DNA of 64,000 bases from positions 72,535 to 136,534 of the IMG/VR virus record IMGVR_UViG_2811995030_000001; one strand, 5' to 3'. The DNA comes from a virus (taxonomy: Duplodnaviria > Caudoviricetes). Positions 1 to 10,012 of the stretch are shown in pieces; position 1 is the stretch's first letter; each line of letters begins with the position of its first letter. Made by a program: the position numbers and the translations under genes. The notes under the pieces were generated by a model. The model did not search any database. It had not been told where the DNA came from and saw only the letters and a program-made list of their open reading frames with translations.

Positions 1-285
1 TTGAAGGAAATCGAGATACAAAAAGCAGGACTTAATAAATTAAGCGCTGAAATACAGGAAAGTATGGATAAGTTTAAGGTTGAGATTAAAGAAAATATGA
101 GTAATTTTAGGACGGAAACTAATAAAGGTATGAATAATTCACAAAATAGTATGAGTGAGGAGTTTCAACAACTTAATATTAAAGTTGATAAGCTACAAAC
201 TGATATGTTAACAGAAATGAAAAAGATCAATGACAAGATTGCTGAGCAGAATAGTTTATTGAGTATTAAATTATTTGGTAAATAG
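1..285 (+). CDS. coiled-coil hypothetical protein, probably 5'-truncated by the window
   Basis: ORF open from base 1, helical heptad-like composition. Confidence 0.6.
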   Translation: MKEIEIQKAGLNKLSAEIQESMDKFKVEIKENMSNFRTETNKGMNNSQNSMSEEFQQLNIKVDKLQTDMLTEMKKINDKIAEQNSLLSIKLFGK

Positions 286-300
286 GGGAGGAAGATTAAT

Positions 301-741
301 ATGGGATTCGATATTTATTTTGAAGAGAAGCTCTTACATGTTACTCATGAGTTCATGGATTTTATTAGTTGTGGCGATAATGAATGTTATTTCGGAAGGA
401 ATAGAGAGAATTATGATGAAGAGGGATTCGCAATCTCAGGTGATAGCCATCTAGAAAACTCAACGGATTTATTGGGACTTGTAAAGGAAGCTAAAAAACA
501 TGGGTTAGAAGTTCAGCTTATTGAAGATAAATCATTTGATTGGAGAACCGCTCTGTACATAAAGAAATCTGTAGAACAAATAGAGCAAAAATATCGGATA
601 GTCTACAAGAATTTAAAGTTGAATAAAATGTACGATATAAAATGTGTTGATAAAGTATATGAGACAATAAAGAAAATGGAAGACAAAGGTGAAGTGCAGA
701 TTATAGTTGACGAGCGAAAGGAGTTAGGAGTCAGTCAATAG
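301..741 (+). CDS. hypothetical phage protein
   Basis: GGGGAGG SD, 146-aa ORF. Confidence 0.75.
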   Translation: MGFDIYFEEKLLHVTHEFMDFISCGDNECYFGRNRENYDEEGFAISGDSHLENSTDLLGLVKEAKKHGLEVQLIEDKSFDWRTALYIKKSVEQIEQKYRIVYKNLKLNKMYDIKCVDKVYETIKKMEDKGEVQIIVDERKELGVSQ

Positions 742-784
742 ATTATAGAAAATGTCAGGTTTCTATAAGATTAGGAGGGAATTA

Positions 785-945
785 ATGAACTATAAAGAAT
801 TACAAATTATCAAGCATTCACTACAAAAGTATATTAAAAGACCAGAAACAACAGAGAAAGAGGTTACAGAAGAAAAAGGTTACTGAATAAAGTTAAAGTT
901 ATAGAGGAAGTTAATAGAATGAAAGAAGCATATGACATTAAATAA
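785..945 (+). pseudogene. frameshifted small phage protein
   Basis: AGGAGG SD plus ATG; the frame stops after EEKGY, but the -1 frame continues RLLNKVKVIEEVNRMKEAYDIK* across the GAAGAAAAAGG run. Confidence 0.5.
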
Positions 946-1088
946 GATAGGGAGCTGTTTAAAATGGATAAATACGAATTAAGATATTTTTGCTCAAGAT
1001 GCAAAGTAGAATATGACGATGTTGAAGAAGCTATTGATTGTTGTATAGAAGTTGTAAAATTAAAACAATATTACGAGGAGGAAGAGTG

Positions 1089-1268
1089 ATGGGGAAAGAA
1101 TATATTTTAATTTTTGATAACAAAGAAAAAGAATATGTAGAAGATTATAATATAGGGACTAAGCATGTCACAGTAGGTTTTAGAAAATACAATGCATTAA
1201 AATTTGTTGATCGTTCTGTTGCAGAATATGTAGCTGAAGTAATGGGCTGCAAGGTGGAGGCTATTTAG
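1089..1268 (+). CDS. hypothetical phage protein
   Basis: GGAGG SD upstream of ATG 1089 (shorter than the ORF-track call). Confidence 0.65.
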   Translation: MGKEYILIFDNKEKEYVEDYNIGTKHVTVGFRKYNALKFVDRSVAEYVAEVMGCKVEAI

Positions 1269-1318
1269 ATAAATTGTCAAATTTATTTAAAAGTTTATCA
1301 AGGAAAGGAGATTGTTTA

Positions 1319-1975
1319 TTGGAAGGTAAACAATGCAAGAGTTGTTTAGAATATAAAAAACTTGAATATTTTTATGCTCAAAAAAGAAAGAGTAAAAAGA
1401 AAGGCGAGTACATGTATTATCCTCCAGAATGTAGGGAATGTACCAAAGATAGGTTTACAAGGTGGAGAAAAGAAAACGTCATATATTACAGAGCCTATAT
1501 TAGACAGAGACATAAACGACAGGAAAACAAAGACTCAACTAGGAGAAGTAATGAAGAAAGAAGAAGAAATGGGAAGTATAAAGAATGGCAGCAAAACAAT
1601 AGAGAAAAAATGAAAGAATATCATGAAAACAGAGCAATGAACAAAACTCATAATATAACAAAAGATGAATGGAGAGTATGTAAAGAATATTTTGATTATA
1701 AGTGTGCCTATTGCAATATAACTGAAAATGAAGCCAAAGAGAAACAGGGAAATTATTTCCACAGAGAGCATGTGGATCACGAAGGAGCTAATGACCTATC
1801 TAATTGTGTACCAAGTTGCAAGTCTTGCAATTCGAGTAAGTATACATCTGATTTTGAACATTGGTTTAAAGAGCTGAGTGGTCTGTATACAGATGAGAAG
1901 TATAATAAAATTATTAGTTGGCTTCAAAAAGATTATAAGATGCATGTAGAAGGAGTAAAGGAGGATTATTCATGA
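1319..1975 (+). CDS. HNH endonuclease (free-standing, homing-type)
   Basis: N-terminal CxxC...CxxC; C-terminal CAYC...HREHVD...NDLSNCVPSCKSCNSSK. Likely TTG start at 1319 after AAAGGAG. Confidence 0.85.
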   Translation: MEGKQCKSCLEYKKLEYFYAQKRKSKKKGEYMYYPPECRECTKDRFTRWRKENVIYYRAYIRQRHKRQENKDSTRRSNEERRRNGKYKEWQQNNREKMKEYHENRAMNKTHNITKDEWRVCKEYFDYKCAYCNITENEAKEKQGNYFHREHVDHEGANDLSNCVPSCKSCNSSKYTSDFEHWFKELSGLYTDEKYNKIISWLQKDYKMHVEGVKEDYS

Positions 1976-2120
1976 TTAAACAAAGAGAAATCAGTTGTGG
2001 GAACTGTGGGAATAAATATGATGATTGTATGGTGCTTACTTTAAGCTGTCCTGTGTGTTGTAGTAGCAAAAATCAGAACCCAAGATAAGCTTAAAACTAA
2101 ATGAGTTAGGATGTGTACTT

Positions 2121-2318
2121 ATGGATAAGAAACGCATAATCAAACTAATGGACATTGAGCAAAGAGTGAATAAAGATAAGGAGCTAAAGGATAAGATTGT
2201 TGAAAAGTTTGAAAATAATCTTTCTACACGCAAATTAAATAAAGGTCGAGTACGTCCTAAAGATTCAAAAGAGGATGAAATTTTAAAGTCTTTTAAACGT
2301 AAAGATGGAGAGATATAA
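2121..2318 (+). CDS. hypothetical basic protein
   Basis: ORF with AGGATG SD. Confidence 0.55.
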   Translation: MDKKRIIKLMDIEQRVNKDKELKDKIVEKFENNLSTRKLNKGRVRPKDSKEDEILKSFKRKDGEI

Positions 2319-2743
2319 GGAGGAGGTTAAATATGCAAACAATTGAAAAAGTTGTTTTTGATGACGGATATATAATTATAAAATATACTGATGAAACTTA
2401 TGCGGAAGTATATAATTACGAAGGAGTGATGCCTGTAGTGAAAACTCAGTTTTGGGAAAAATCAGACCAGAAAAAGTGGCACAAATTAAATTTTTGTATT
2501 GATTAAGTATGAGCTGAGTAGTTCAGTGAAATGTCATTTACTTAAAATGGAGGTTAGATATGACTTGTGTACATAAGGAAATCATAATGGTTAATGCGAT
2601 AGGAAGGAAGCTTGAGAGTGGCGGTCATGAAGTAGACTTTGTCATTAGGTGTCATATATGTGATGAGGAATTATTTCGTATGGGAGAGTATAGAAAGATA
2701 ATACATAACTATTCAAAGCATTAAATTATAAAGGAGGCTTGCT

Positions 2744-2959
2744 ATGCTAAAGAAAGGCGATAAAGTAGTAATGCATACTTGTATGGAAGCTGAAATACAT
2801 GACGGTAAGATTTGGACTTGTAGAACAGATGAATATATTCAAGGTGAAGGAGTTTATGAGCAACGATTAGTATTCTTAGATGGGTTTGGAAGTAGCTTTC
2901 TAGTTAAGTATTTACAAAGAGTTAATTTAGAAGGGGAGAATACATATGCAAACAGTTGA
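2744..2959 (+). CDS. hypothetical phage protein
   Basis: AAGGAGG SD; overlaps the next ORF. Confidence 0.75.
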   Translation: MLKKGDKVVMHTCMEAEIHDGKIWTCRTDEYIQGEGVYEQRLVFLDGFGSSFLVKYLQRVNLEGENTYANS

Positions 2960-3221
2960 GTTAAGTTTAAATGACGTTTCTAAGCAGCAGTTAGAAGAAA
3001 TGAAGCATGCTCTAGGTATGAGTTACAAAAGTAAACCATATCGCAATTACTTTCATGTAAATGAGCCTGATGATGATTGGGAGGACTTAGTGAATAAAGG
3101 ATTTGCTAAAAGAGGTACAGGAATCAACAAAGGGACATCAACTGTATATTGGTTAACTTATGCAGCCACTAAATTAGTTTATGGAAAGAGGATTTCTGAG
3201 AAGTATTATAATGAGCTTTAA
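2946..3221 (+). CDS. hypothetical phage protein
   Basis: AGGGGAG SD; overlaps the upstream ORF. Confidence 0.75.
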   Translation: MQTVELSLNDVSKQQLEEMKHALGMSYKSKPYRNYFHVNEPDDDWEDLVNKGFAKRGTGINKGTSTVYWLTYAATKLVYGKRISEKYYNEL

Positions 3222-3244
3222 TTAAATAATATATAAAAAGGAGA

Positions 3245-3454
3245 ATGATACATATGAAGCAGATTAGAAGCTATGAAGTGAAGGAGTTCACCTACAATAG
3301 TAAGACCTATAGAAATTATCATGTCGCTGATATGGAGCGAGAAGGATGGATTGAGAGCGGTCAAATGAAACGCTTAAAACCTAACGTAAGTATTACGGAT
3401 GCAACTAAAGATGACTATGAGTGGTATGCACATTTTCAAAGAGAAACTACATGA
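3245..3454 (+). CDS. hypothetical phage protein
   Basis: AAGGAG SD, 69-aa ORF. Confidence 0.65.
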   Translation: MIHMKQIRSYEVKEFTYNSKTYRNYHVADMEREGWIESGQMKRLKPNVSITDATKDDYEWYAHFQRETT

Positions 3455-3492
3455 AATCTACTTTTCACATAGAAATAAGGGAGGAAAATGAA

Positions 3493-3702
3493 ATGTTGAA
3501 ATTAAAAAATACGATGATAGAATTTGATTATGTTAATTGGAGAGGTGAAAAGTCTAGAAGAACAGCTATGGTAGAAAATGTATGGTATGGCTCTAATGAA
3601 TATCACAAAGAAGATCAATGGTTACTAGAAGCGACTGATAGAGATAAGCAAGAAATAAGGTTGTTTGCTATGAAAGATATGAGTAATATTAAGTATTGGT
3701 AA
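3493..3702 (+). CDS. stand-alone WYL-domain-like protein
   Basis: IEFDYVNWRGEKSRR...QWLLEATDRDKQEIRLFAM matches the WYL pattern (Y.N..G..S.R...W.L.A.D......R.F); GGGAGG SD. Confidence 0.65.
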   Translation: MLKLKNTMIEFDYVNWRGEKSRRTAMVENVWYGSNEYHKEDQWLLEATDRDKQEIRLFAMKDMSNIKYW

Positions 3703-3769
3703 GCTGTAAATTGCAATAAAATATCCATTTCCTATAGAAAAATAAATTAGAGAATAATTGAAAAAGTGC

Positions 3770-3798
3770 TTGCAATATCAGATACAAGAGATTATAAT
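3770..3798 (+). promoter_or_regulatory. sigmaA-type promoter
   Basis: TTGCAA-17-TATAAT, followed by an AAAATAAAATACAT motif. Confidence 0.7.
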
Positions 3799-3825
3799 TA
3801 AGTTAAATCAAACAAAATAAAATAC

Positions 3826-4092
3826 ATGAAAGGAGATAATCTTTTGTATCTTATTGAGTGGAAAGTTGATGGAAAGGTAAAAACATATGTTGCTGAAGGT
3901 TTCATTGAACGTAACGCAAAATTAAACGAACTAGAAGAACATAATCTAAACTATATAGTACATAATGACAGCAAAGAATACAATCCTGAAACCTGTAATA
4001 AGTGTAAAAGGAATATCGACTTAACAGAAGCAGCTTATTATAAAGGAAACTGTAAAGACTGTTATAAAGAAAGCTTATTGGCCGAAGTGTGA
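3826..4092 (+). CDS. hypothetical protein with C-terminal CxxC...CxxC
   Basis: ORF downstream of the promoter; likely TTG start at 3844. Confidence 0.65.
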   Translation: MKGDNLLYLIEWKVDGKVKTYVAEGFIERNAKLNELEEHNLNYIVHNDSKEYNPETCNKCKRNIDLTEAAYYKGNCKDCYKESLLAEV

Positions 4093-4261
4093 GGAAGTGA
4101 TCTAGATGGATAAGAAAAAGAAATACGACAAAGTTAAATGTAGACAATGTGGAAGGGAAATTGAATTGAAGGAACATATCAATAGATGTAAATGCGGTGC
4201 AATAACTAAATTACTAAAGTATTGATAAAAAATTGATTTTAAATAGAGGAGGAGAAGTAGA

Positions 4262-4534
4262 ATGAATGTAAAAAGAGAAGGGTTTGCCCTAGTTACTTTA
4301 GAAGGTGAGTATTTAACGTTTGAACAAGTCGCAGAAAGAGATATAGAAGTGTACGCTGTAGAGAACGCAGATGAGGCTGACCTATTCAACACAGAAATGG
4401 AAGCTAATGAAATTGCATTAGATATTCTTAAAGAAAGGTCACAGTGGAATTACCTTTTAGAATCCACTAATAATCCTGTTTCAATTGTGAAGGTAATCAA
4501 GGAATTAAAAATAGAAAAGACAAAAGAACTTTAG
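4262..4534 (+). CDS. hypothetical acidic protein
   Basis: GAGGAGG SD; flanked by TAAAA-N6-TTTTA repeats at 4226 and 4536. Confidence 0.75.
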   Translation: MNVKREGFALVTLEGEYLTFEQVAERDIEVYAVENADEADLFNTEMEANEIALDILKERSQWNYLLESTNNPVSIVKVIKELKIEKTKEL

Positions 4535-4722
4535 GTAAAAAGTTAATTTTAAATGAAATAAATTACTCTTAGGTGGTGTGTGTATGGGGGCTGTGACATA
4601 AAGTTAATAAATTATTCATATTAGAAAGTAATTTATTAACTCAACTAACCCAATTTTTGTTAATATGTCTTTAGGACTATTATAATAGTTCTATCACATA
4701 TTTACGGAAAGAGTGGGAAGAA

Positions 4723-5394
4723 GTGGAGCGAGAAAAGTTGTCTGAGGAAATAAGTATTGCGTACACAGATCATCTAAGTGTGATTATTGAAATTGAGGAG
4801 AAAGGAATTAAGAAGGAATTTGAGCTAACTAATTCGCAAATGAGTTTGCTTGTAGCTGCTTTTATTAAGAGAAGACAAAGCACTGAATGGACAGAGAATT
4901 TAGAAAAGGAAGTTATTGAAGAGATTGTTAGTTATCTAGACAAACAAATGACTTTTGCAGAAATATTAGAAAGGACTGCTTATAAATTCAATGTACCAAA
5001 AATTATAATTAAGAAAAGATGGGTGGGAGAAGGTGAGTATCCTTGCTTAAAGGATAAGTATGATATAGCTGTTGAGGAGTACAGAAGAAAGAATGAAAGA
5101 AAATGGACTGAAGAGGATTTAGATTATATGCAACACTCTATAGAAGAATATCTGGAGTATGGAGGCACATCCATAGCAAAGAAACTCAAAGACTTGGCTG
5201 ATGAGTTTGGTGTGAAGTTAGGAGAAATAGAAAAAATATGGCATGGATTTCAAGGTGCTCCAAGTATAAGGGATCGTATGAGTTTTAATCCATATAGAGC
5301 AGAAAGACAAAATAAAGCAGGTGACAGAAGAGGTGAAAGGGTTAATCCAATTGATAATTTCTTTAAAAAGTACCATAGTTATGAAGGAACTTAG
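4723..5394 (+). CDS. hypothetical protein with possible Myb/RsfA-like HTH repeats
   Basis: Two W-T-E-x segments, each followed by helices ending in W (EWTENLE...KRW; KWTEEDL...KIW). Confidence 0.5.
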   Translation: MEREKLSEEISIAYTDHLSVIIEIEEKGIKKEFELTNSQMSLLVAAFIKRRQSTEWTENLEKEVIEEIVSYLDKQMTFAEILERTAYKFNVPKIIIKKRWVGEGEYPCLKDKYDIAVEEYRRKNERKWTEEDLDYMQHSIEEYLEYGGTSIAKKLKDLADEFGVKLGEIEKIWHGFQGAPSIRDRMSFNPYRAERQNKAGDRRGERVNPIDNFFKKYHSYEGT

Positions 5395-5440
5395 GTTTAT
5401 ATAATCTATTAAATTACTAACTATAAAAGGGGAGAATTTC

Positions 5441-6442
5441 ATGAAGAAATTAGGAGTATTTGCCGTAGCATCAGCTTTATGTTTCACTTTAACAGCTTGT
5501 GGAGATTCAGGAGAAACTAAAAATAGTGGTAATGAATCACAAGAAGAAAAAGCAAATGAGAAAAAAGATGTAAAGACGATTAAGGAAGAAGCAAAAACAT
5601 ATACTTATGATGAGCTTAAGGATAAAAAAGCTAAAAAAGGAGCTTCTGTTAAAATTGAAGGTAAAGTTATTACATCAGATGAAGTAGAGGATGACGATGC
5701 AGTCACTAAGTCAACTTATTTCAATGTTCAACCTAAAGAAGCAGAGGAAGATAGTTCAGATGTATTTGTAGTTAGAAATGATTCAAAAGATAAGTTTAAG
5801 ATTGATGATAACGCTACGATTTATGGTACTTATGTAGGCCTTGATGAATTCTCAGATGAGCCAACTGTTGAAGCTGTATCTGTAGAGAATGAAGCTTCTG
5901 CAATGAAGAAAGATGGATGGGAAGAGACTGACGCAGGTTTTATGAAGCCTGTAGGGTACGGATATAATGATGAAGTTGGCATAGATGGAACAGACGCACC
6001 TATAAAACCTGTGCAGTTTGGCTCTATGCAACTATATATCAAGAATATGAGTGTATATGACCTTCGACCAAATGAAGATAGTCTATATGAATTTGATAAC
6101 CAAGAGCAAGTAAGAGTAGTTTTAGTTGATATGAAAGTTAAAAATACAGCCGATCAGGATATTACATTCTATCCAGATCAAGCGATTTTGACTACAGATA
6201 CAGGGGAACAAGTGGAATCCGATTTATTAGGCGATGATTTAGGCGGTGACTTCTTAGGGAAAGTTGAAAAAGAAGGTATGGCAATGTGGGTGCTTAAAGA
6301 TCATGAAAAAGAATTGAAGAATATTAAAATGATTATCTCTCCACCTTATGGAATGGATAGTATAGAAGATATTGGTCAAGAAAAACGCTTGGACTTTGAA
6401 ATTTTAAATCCAAAAGATGCAAAAGAAAGGGATGCTAAATAA
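5441..6442 (+). CDS. lipoprotein (OB-fold-like plus DUF4352-like Ig domain)
   Basis: Signal peptide with lipobox LTAC; acidic; C-terminal VDMKVKNTADQDITFYPDQAILTTDTGEQ pattern. Confidence 0.75.
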   Translation: MKKLGVFAVASALCFTLTACGDSGETKNSGNESQEEKANEKKDVKTIKEEAKTYTYDELKDKKAKKGASVKIEGKVITSDEVEDDDAVTKSTYFNVQPKEAEEDSSDVFVVRNDSKDKFKIDDNATIYGTYVGLDEFSDEPTVEAVSVENEASAMKKDGWEETDAGFMKPVGYGYNDEVGIDGTDAPIKPVQFGSMQLYIKNMSVYDLRPNEDSLYEFDNQEQVRVVLVDMKVKNTADQDITFYPDQAILTTDTGEQVESDLLGDDLGGDFLGKVEKEGMAMWVLKDHEKELKNIKMIISPPYGMDSIEDIGQEKRLDFEILNPKDAKERDAK

Positions 6443-6789
6443 TGAAACGTACAACTGAATTTACATTGGGATTAATTGGTGGAATTTTTGGAATCTTGTT
6501 TGCCTTCGCTGCTCTCTTTATGGGTGTAATTGATTCAGCATTAAACGCAAGTGGCACTAGTTCTCTTACTGGTCTTGGATGGGGAGCAGTAATCATGTCT
6601 ATCATAGGAATTATTGGATCAGTTATTGTAAAAAGTAAAGCAAAACTAGGTGGAGCGCTTATGTTGATCGCTGCGATTGGTGGATTCATCTGCATTTCAA
6701 TGTTCTATATTATATCAGGTGTTTTATTACTAATTGCTGGTATTATGGGATTAGTGAGAAAAGATAAAAGTAAATCAATGTCTGCATAA
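6442..6789 (+). CDS. small multi-TM membrane protein (DUF4064-like)
   Basis: MKRTTEFTLGLIGGIFG start, 3-4 hydrophobic helices, TAATG coupling to the lipoprotein. Confidence 0.75.
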   Translation: MKRTTEFTLGLIGGIFGILFAFAALFMGVIDSALNASGTSSLTGLGWGAVIMSIIGIIGSVIVKSKAKLGGALMLIAAIGGFICISMFYIISGVLLLIAGIMGLVRKDKSKSMSA

Positions 6790-6803
6790 GAAATACTAAT
6801 AAG

Positions 6804-6828
6804 GAAGCTCACTCAAAAGGTGGGCTTC
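6804..6828 (+). terminator. stem-loop after the lipoprotein operon
   Basis: GAAGCTCAC-N7-GTGGGCTTC. Confidence 0.55.
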
Positions 6829-6909
6829 TAAATACATAATGCAAGTATTTTATATAAAGTGTTAATAAATAAAATAGCGTGTATACTAACACTAAAGGAG
6901 TGGATAAGA

Positions 6910-7095
6910 ATGGCTATTTCAAGAGAGCGTTTAGATGAAATTTTAGATCGCCTTTCAGAAGATAAACTTAAATTAGTTGAAAAATATGCTGAAACACTGA
7001 TTAAAGAGGATGAGTTTGATAAAGATTTTGAGGAAGCTTTTGAGTATGGTATTAAGAAATACGACAAAGCTCTCAAAAGACTGGTGGATAAATAA
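6910..7095 (+). CDS. putative antitoxin of the Doc toxin
   Basis: Small acidic ORF coupled (TAATG) to doc; C-terminal YDKALKRL typical of Doc-associated antitoxins. Confidence 0.7.
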   Translation: MAISRERLDEILDRLSEDKLKLVEKYAETLIKEDEFDKDFEEAFEYGIKKYDKALKRLVDK

Positions 7096-7499
7096 TGATT
7101 AAATATCTTACAGTCAGTCAAGTAATTAAAATTAATGAGCGTATGATTCTTATGTACAACGATAAGGAACAAATAGGAGTTAAAGACTTATCTCTACTAG
7201 AGTCAGCAGTAAACAGGCCTAAACAATCAATCTTTCTTGAGGATGCTTATAAATCTATATTTGAGAAGGCTGTAGCTTTATTTGAATCCATTGCTAAAAA
7301 TCACGCCTTCCACAACGGTAATAAAAGAACAGCTCTTATGTGCTTAGTTGTATTTTTAAAGATGAATGAAGTAGAGTTTATTATGGACGACAATGAAGCT
7401 GATGATTTTGTTGTTGATGTAGTAAATAAGAAATTAGATTTCTATGAAATTGTAAAGGTAGTTAAAGAGAATTGTATGGTTGATGGTCAAAGATTATAA
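7095..7499 (+). CDS. doc: death-on-curing (Doc/Fic) family toxin
   Basis: LLESAVNRP and HAFHNGNKRTA (Doc motif HxFxxGNKR). Confidence 0.9.
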   Translation: MIKYLTVSQVIKINERMILMYNDKEQIGVKDLSLLESAVNRPKQSIFLEDAYKSIFEKAVALFESIAKNHAFHNGNKRTALMCLVVFLKMNEVEFIMDDNEADDFVVDVVNKKLDFYEIVKVVKENCMVDGQRL

Positions 7500-7533
7500 A
7501 ATAAACCTTGTCTTAGAAATGAGGCTGTTAAAT

Positions 7534-7701
7534 ATGGTACGTGACTTTAAAATAGGTGACAAAATAATAAGAAAACGTGACGGAAAGTTATTTACTTATA
7601 TAGGCACAGATGATTCAGACGATGATAACTATGGTCATGTTAAAGAAATGTTAGTTCCTGTTTATTTACCTGATTTTGAAAAAGTAGAAGATAAACAATA
7701 A
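7534..7701 (+). CDS. hypothetical protein
   Basis: GAGG SD before ATG 7534. Confidence 0.55.
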   Translation: MVRDFKIGDKIIRKRDGKLFTYIGTDDSDDDNYGHVKEMLVPVYLPDFEKVEDKQ

Positions 7702-7714
7702 GGAGAGTTATTAA

Positions 7715-8011
7715 ATGACACAAAATAATCAGTCAGACGAATTTAAAGAGTATATTGGAAGAGAGTATCAAAAAATAAGTCAAAAGTATAATCAAATAAA
7801 AAGAGATTTATTAGAATATATGGGTTATGATGATGCTTTTCTTACGACTAAGGCAGGTTATAGGAAGCAAACTAAAAATCAGTTAATTGAAACTGTATTT
7901 CAACAACGTGCCATGATACGTAGATTATTAGAAGAGTTAGATGAGGATAAGAGAGCAAAGTTAGTAAATGAATTAGATGAGTTTTATATGGAGAGAGATA
8001 ATTCTAAGTAA
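7715..8011 (+). CDS. hypothetical protein
   Basis: AAGGAG SD. Confidence 0.7.
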   Translation: MTQNNQSDEFKEYIGREYQKISQKYNQIKRDLLEYMGYDDAFLTTKAGYRKQTKNQLIETVFQQRAMIRRLLEELDEDKRAKLVNELDEFYMERDNSK

Positions 8012-8035
8012 GATAATGCATGAAGGAGAATTATT

Positions 8036-8395
8036 ATGATTGAAAAAGATATTGATGTCCTAGTAGGCGAAAGATTAGCGTATCTCAGGAATAAAAAAGG
8101 CTATACCATGAGAAAGGTTGCAGAGGCTCTTAGTATTGATCCTAGCTATATTAGCCGTATAGAAAAAGGGCATATTCCATCTATCAAAATTTTGCAGTCA
8201 TTTGCAGAATTGTATGAGGTTAAACTGTCAGACTTATTGGAGAGTGGAGACGGTGTTTCTTCAATCAAAATAGAAGTAGAATATGAATGGTTTGAATTTG
8301 TAGAGACGATGAAATAAAGAGATATGAGTCCTGAACAGATTATTAAATACTTAGATACTGTCGAGGGGATAAAAAGAGACTTGAAAAATCTATAA
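8036..8395 (+). pseudogene. XRE-family HTH regulator with an internal stop near the C-terminus
   Basis: GERLAYLRNKKGYTMRKVAEALSIDPSYISRIEKG HTH; TAA at 8315-8317, then the same frame continues RDMSPEQIIKYLDTVEGIKRDLKNL* to 8395. Confidence 0.6.
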
Positions 8396-8429
8396 GAAAT
8401 AATGTTTTTAACTAGAAAGGGGTAGATAT

Positions 8430-8744
8430 ATGGGAAGAGCAATAGTAACAAATTATAAGGATAAGTGGGCTTTGTATTCATCCATTGTTGAGGATAGTAT
8501 TGTAGAATTTAAAACAGAAGACGAACTAAAGGCTTACATGGCTAGGGAAATGGTTTACGAGGGAAAATTGAAAGCGATTGAGTTATTGATGGATTTCCCT
8601 CACAGATTAGTAGTCAATGATTCTGTTCAAGTATGCCCAATGAAGCTTCAATATCATAATTGGTACACAAGACTTTTAGCAACCACTACTGATGAAGAGT
8701 ATTTTAGGTGTATTGACAGTAAATTGAATGAACTAATGAATTAA
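8430..8744 (+). CDS. hypothetical protein
   Basis: AAAGGGG SD. Confidence 0.7.
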   Translation: MGRAIVTNYKDKWALYSSIVEDSIVEFKTEDELKAYMAREMVYEGKLKAIELLMDFPHRLVVNDSVQVCPMKLQYHNWYTRLLATTTDEEYFRCIDSKLNELMN

Positions 8745-8786
8745 ATAAAGCTAAACAGCCTTATATAGAAAGGGGAGTATTTAATT

Positions 8787-9119
8787 ATGATTATAGATTC
8801 ACCGTTGTTTAAGGATTTTCCTAAAGTTGCTTTAACTGCTGATAATTATGGCTTTACATATGAGGATATTTCATACTTGATGGATATAGTTAGGCTTGAT
8901 CCATATTGCCAACAACGCTATAGAGGTGAAGGCTCTATTGAAATTGCATTAAAGACTATCATATTTCGTTTAGACCTTAAAAAAGAAGCGTTTTATAATT
9001 TTGTATCGACTTTGCAAGCAAAAGACTATGAGGACATGGAACATTTGTCATTCTTAGTGGGGAAATATCATCTTGCTGAATTTGTAGCAATAGTAAATGC
9101 TTTAGGCAATGTAAAATGA
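8787..9119 (+). CDS. hypothetical protein
   Basis: AAGGGGAG SD. Confidence 0.7.
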   Translation: MIIDSPLFKDFPKVALTADNYGFTYEDISYLMDIVRLDPYCQQRYRGEGSIEIALKTIIFRLDLKKEAFYNFVSTLQAKDYEDMEHLSFLVGKYHLAEFVAIVNALGNVK

Positions 9120-9153
9120 GTCTTTTACACGATAATCAAGGGGGAAATATGTT

Positions 9154-9984
9154 GTGAAGAGTATCTTAAAGTGGATTCCTATAGTGGGAATCTTATTTTT
9201 TGTTGTGGGTTGCTCAGGAAAAGAAGTTCCAAAAGGGTTTAGTGAAGAAAGTTATGATGAATTTGTAAGTATATATGAAGATTTTCAGAAGGCGAAAGAT
9301 AAAGAAAAGGAATATCCAACAGATAAATTGGAGTTTATAGATGAATATGCTAAGAAAGAGAAAGATGGAGAGTTGACTAAAAAAGAAGCTATGACATTTG
9401 GAAATTTAGGGATGTTGGTATTGATCTATAATGTTCCTTTTACAGATGAAGGTTATGAGGAAAATTTAAGGAAGGTGAATGGTATAGAAGGTGTTTATGC
9501 TTCGCAAACTGTAGAAGACTATGAGAAAGAAGTCACCAATCTCTTAGGAATTGAGAATGAATCTTCAAATTCAGATAAAGGTGAGAAGAAGGAAGAGCCT
9601 GTTGAAGAGGAAGTAGCTGAAGATAATGGAGAAACAATTGCGAAAAAAGAACTGTATGCTGTTGCTTCAAATTTCCTTGAAAATTTACTTGGAGCGCCTG
9701 ATCGTATAATTCCAGCAGACTATACTAATTCAGTAGTTCAGAAAAGAGAAGACGGCTTATATTATATTTCCTCTTCATACACTGTAACAGGAACTGGAGC
9801 GCAACCTAATACGTATTATGAATATGAAATGCTTGTAGATGAACAAGGGAACTTTAAAGACGCTTATATGCCTAACACAATAGGGAGATATAACCGTCCT
9901 ATTGTTTATGATAAATTAAAAGCTGCTGGTATGATGACAGAGGAGCTAGAGGCTAAGTCCTATACAATACCAATGGTGCAGTAA
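9154..9984 (+). CDS. lipoprotein
   Basis: Signal peptide with lipobox VVGC; acidic. Confidence 0.75.
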   Translation: MKSILKWIPIVGILFFVVGCSGKEVPKGFSEESYDEFVSIYEDFQKAKDKEKEYPTDKLEFIDEYAKKEKDGELTKKEAMTFGNLGMLVLIYNVPFTDEGYEENLRKVNGIEGVYASQTVEDYEKEVTNLLGIENESSNSDKGEKKEEPVEEEVAEDNGETIAKKELYAVASNFLENLLGAPDRIIPADYTNSVVQKREDGLYYISSSYTVTGTGAQPNTYYEYEMLVDEQGNFKDAYMPNTIGRYNRPIVYDKLKAAGMMTEELEAKSYTIPMVQ

Positions 9985-10012
9985 TAAACTGAATAAGATA
10001 CAAATTTTAACT

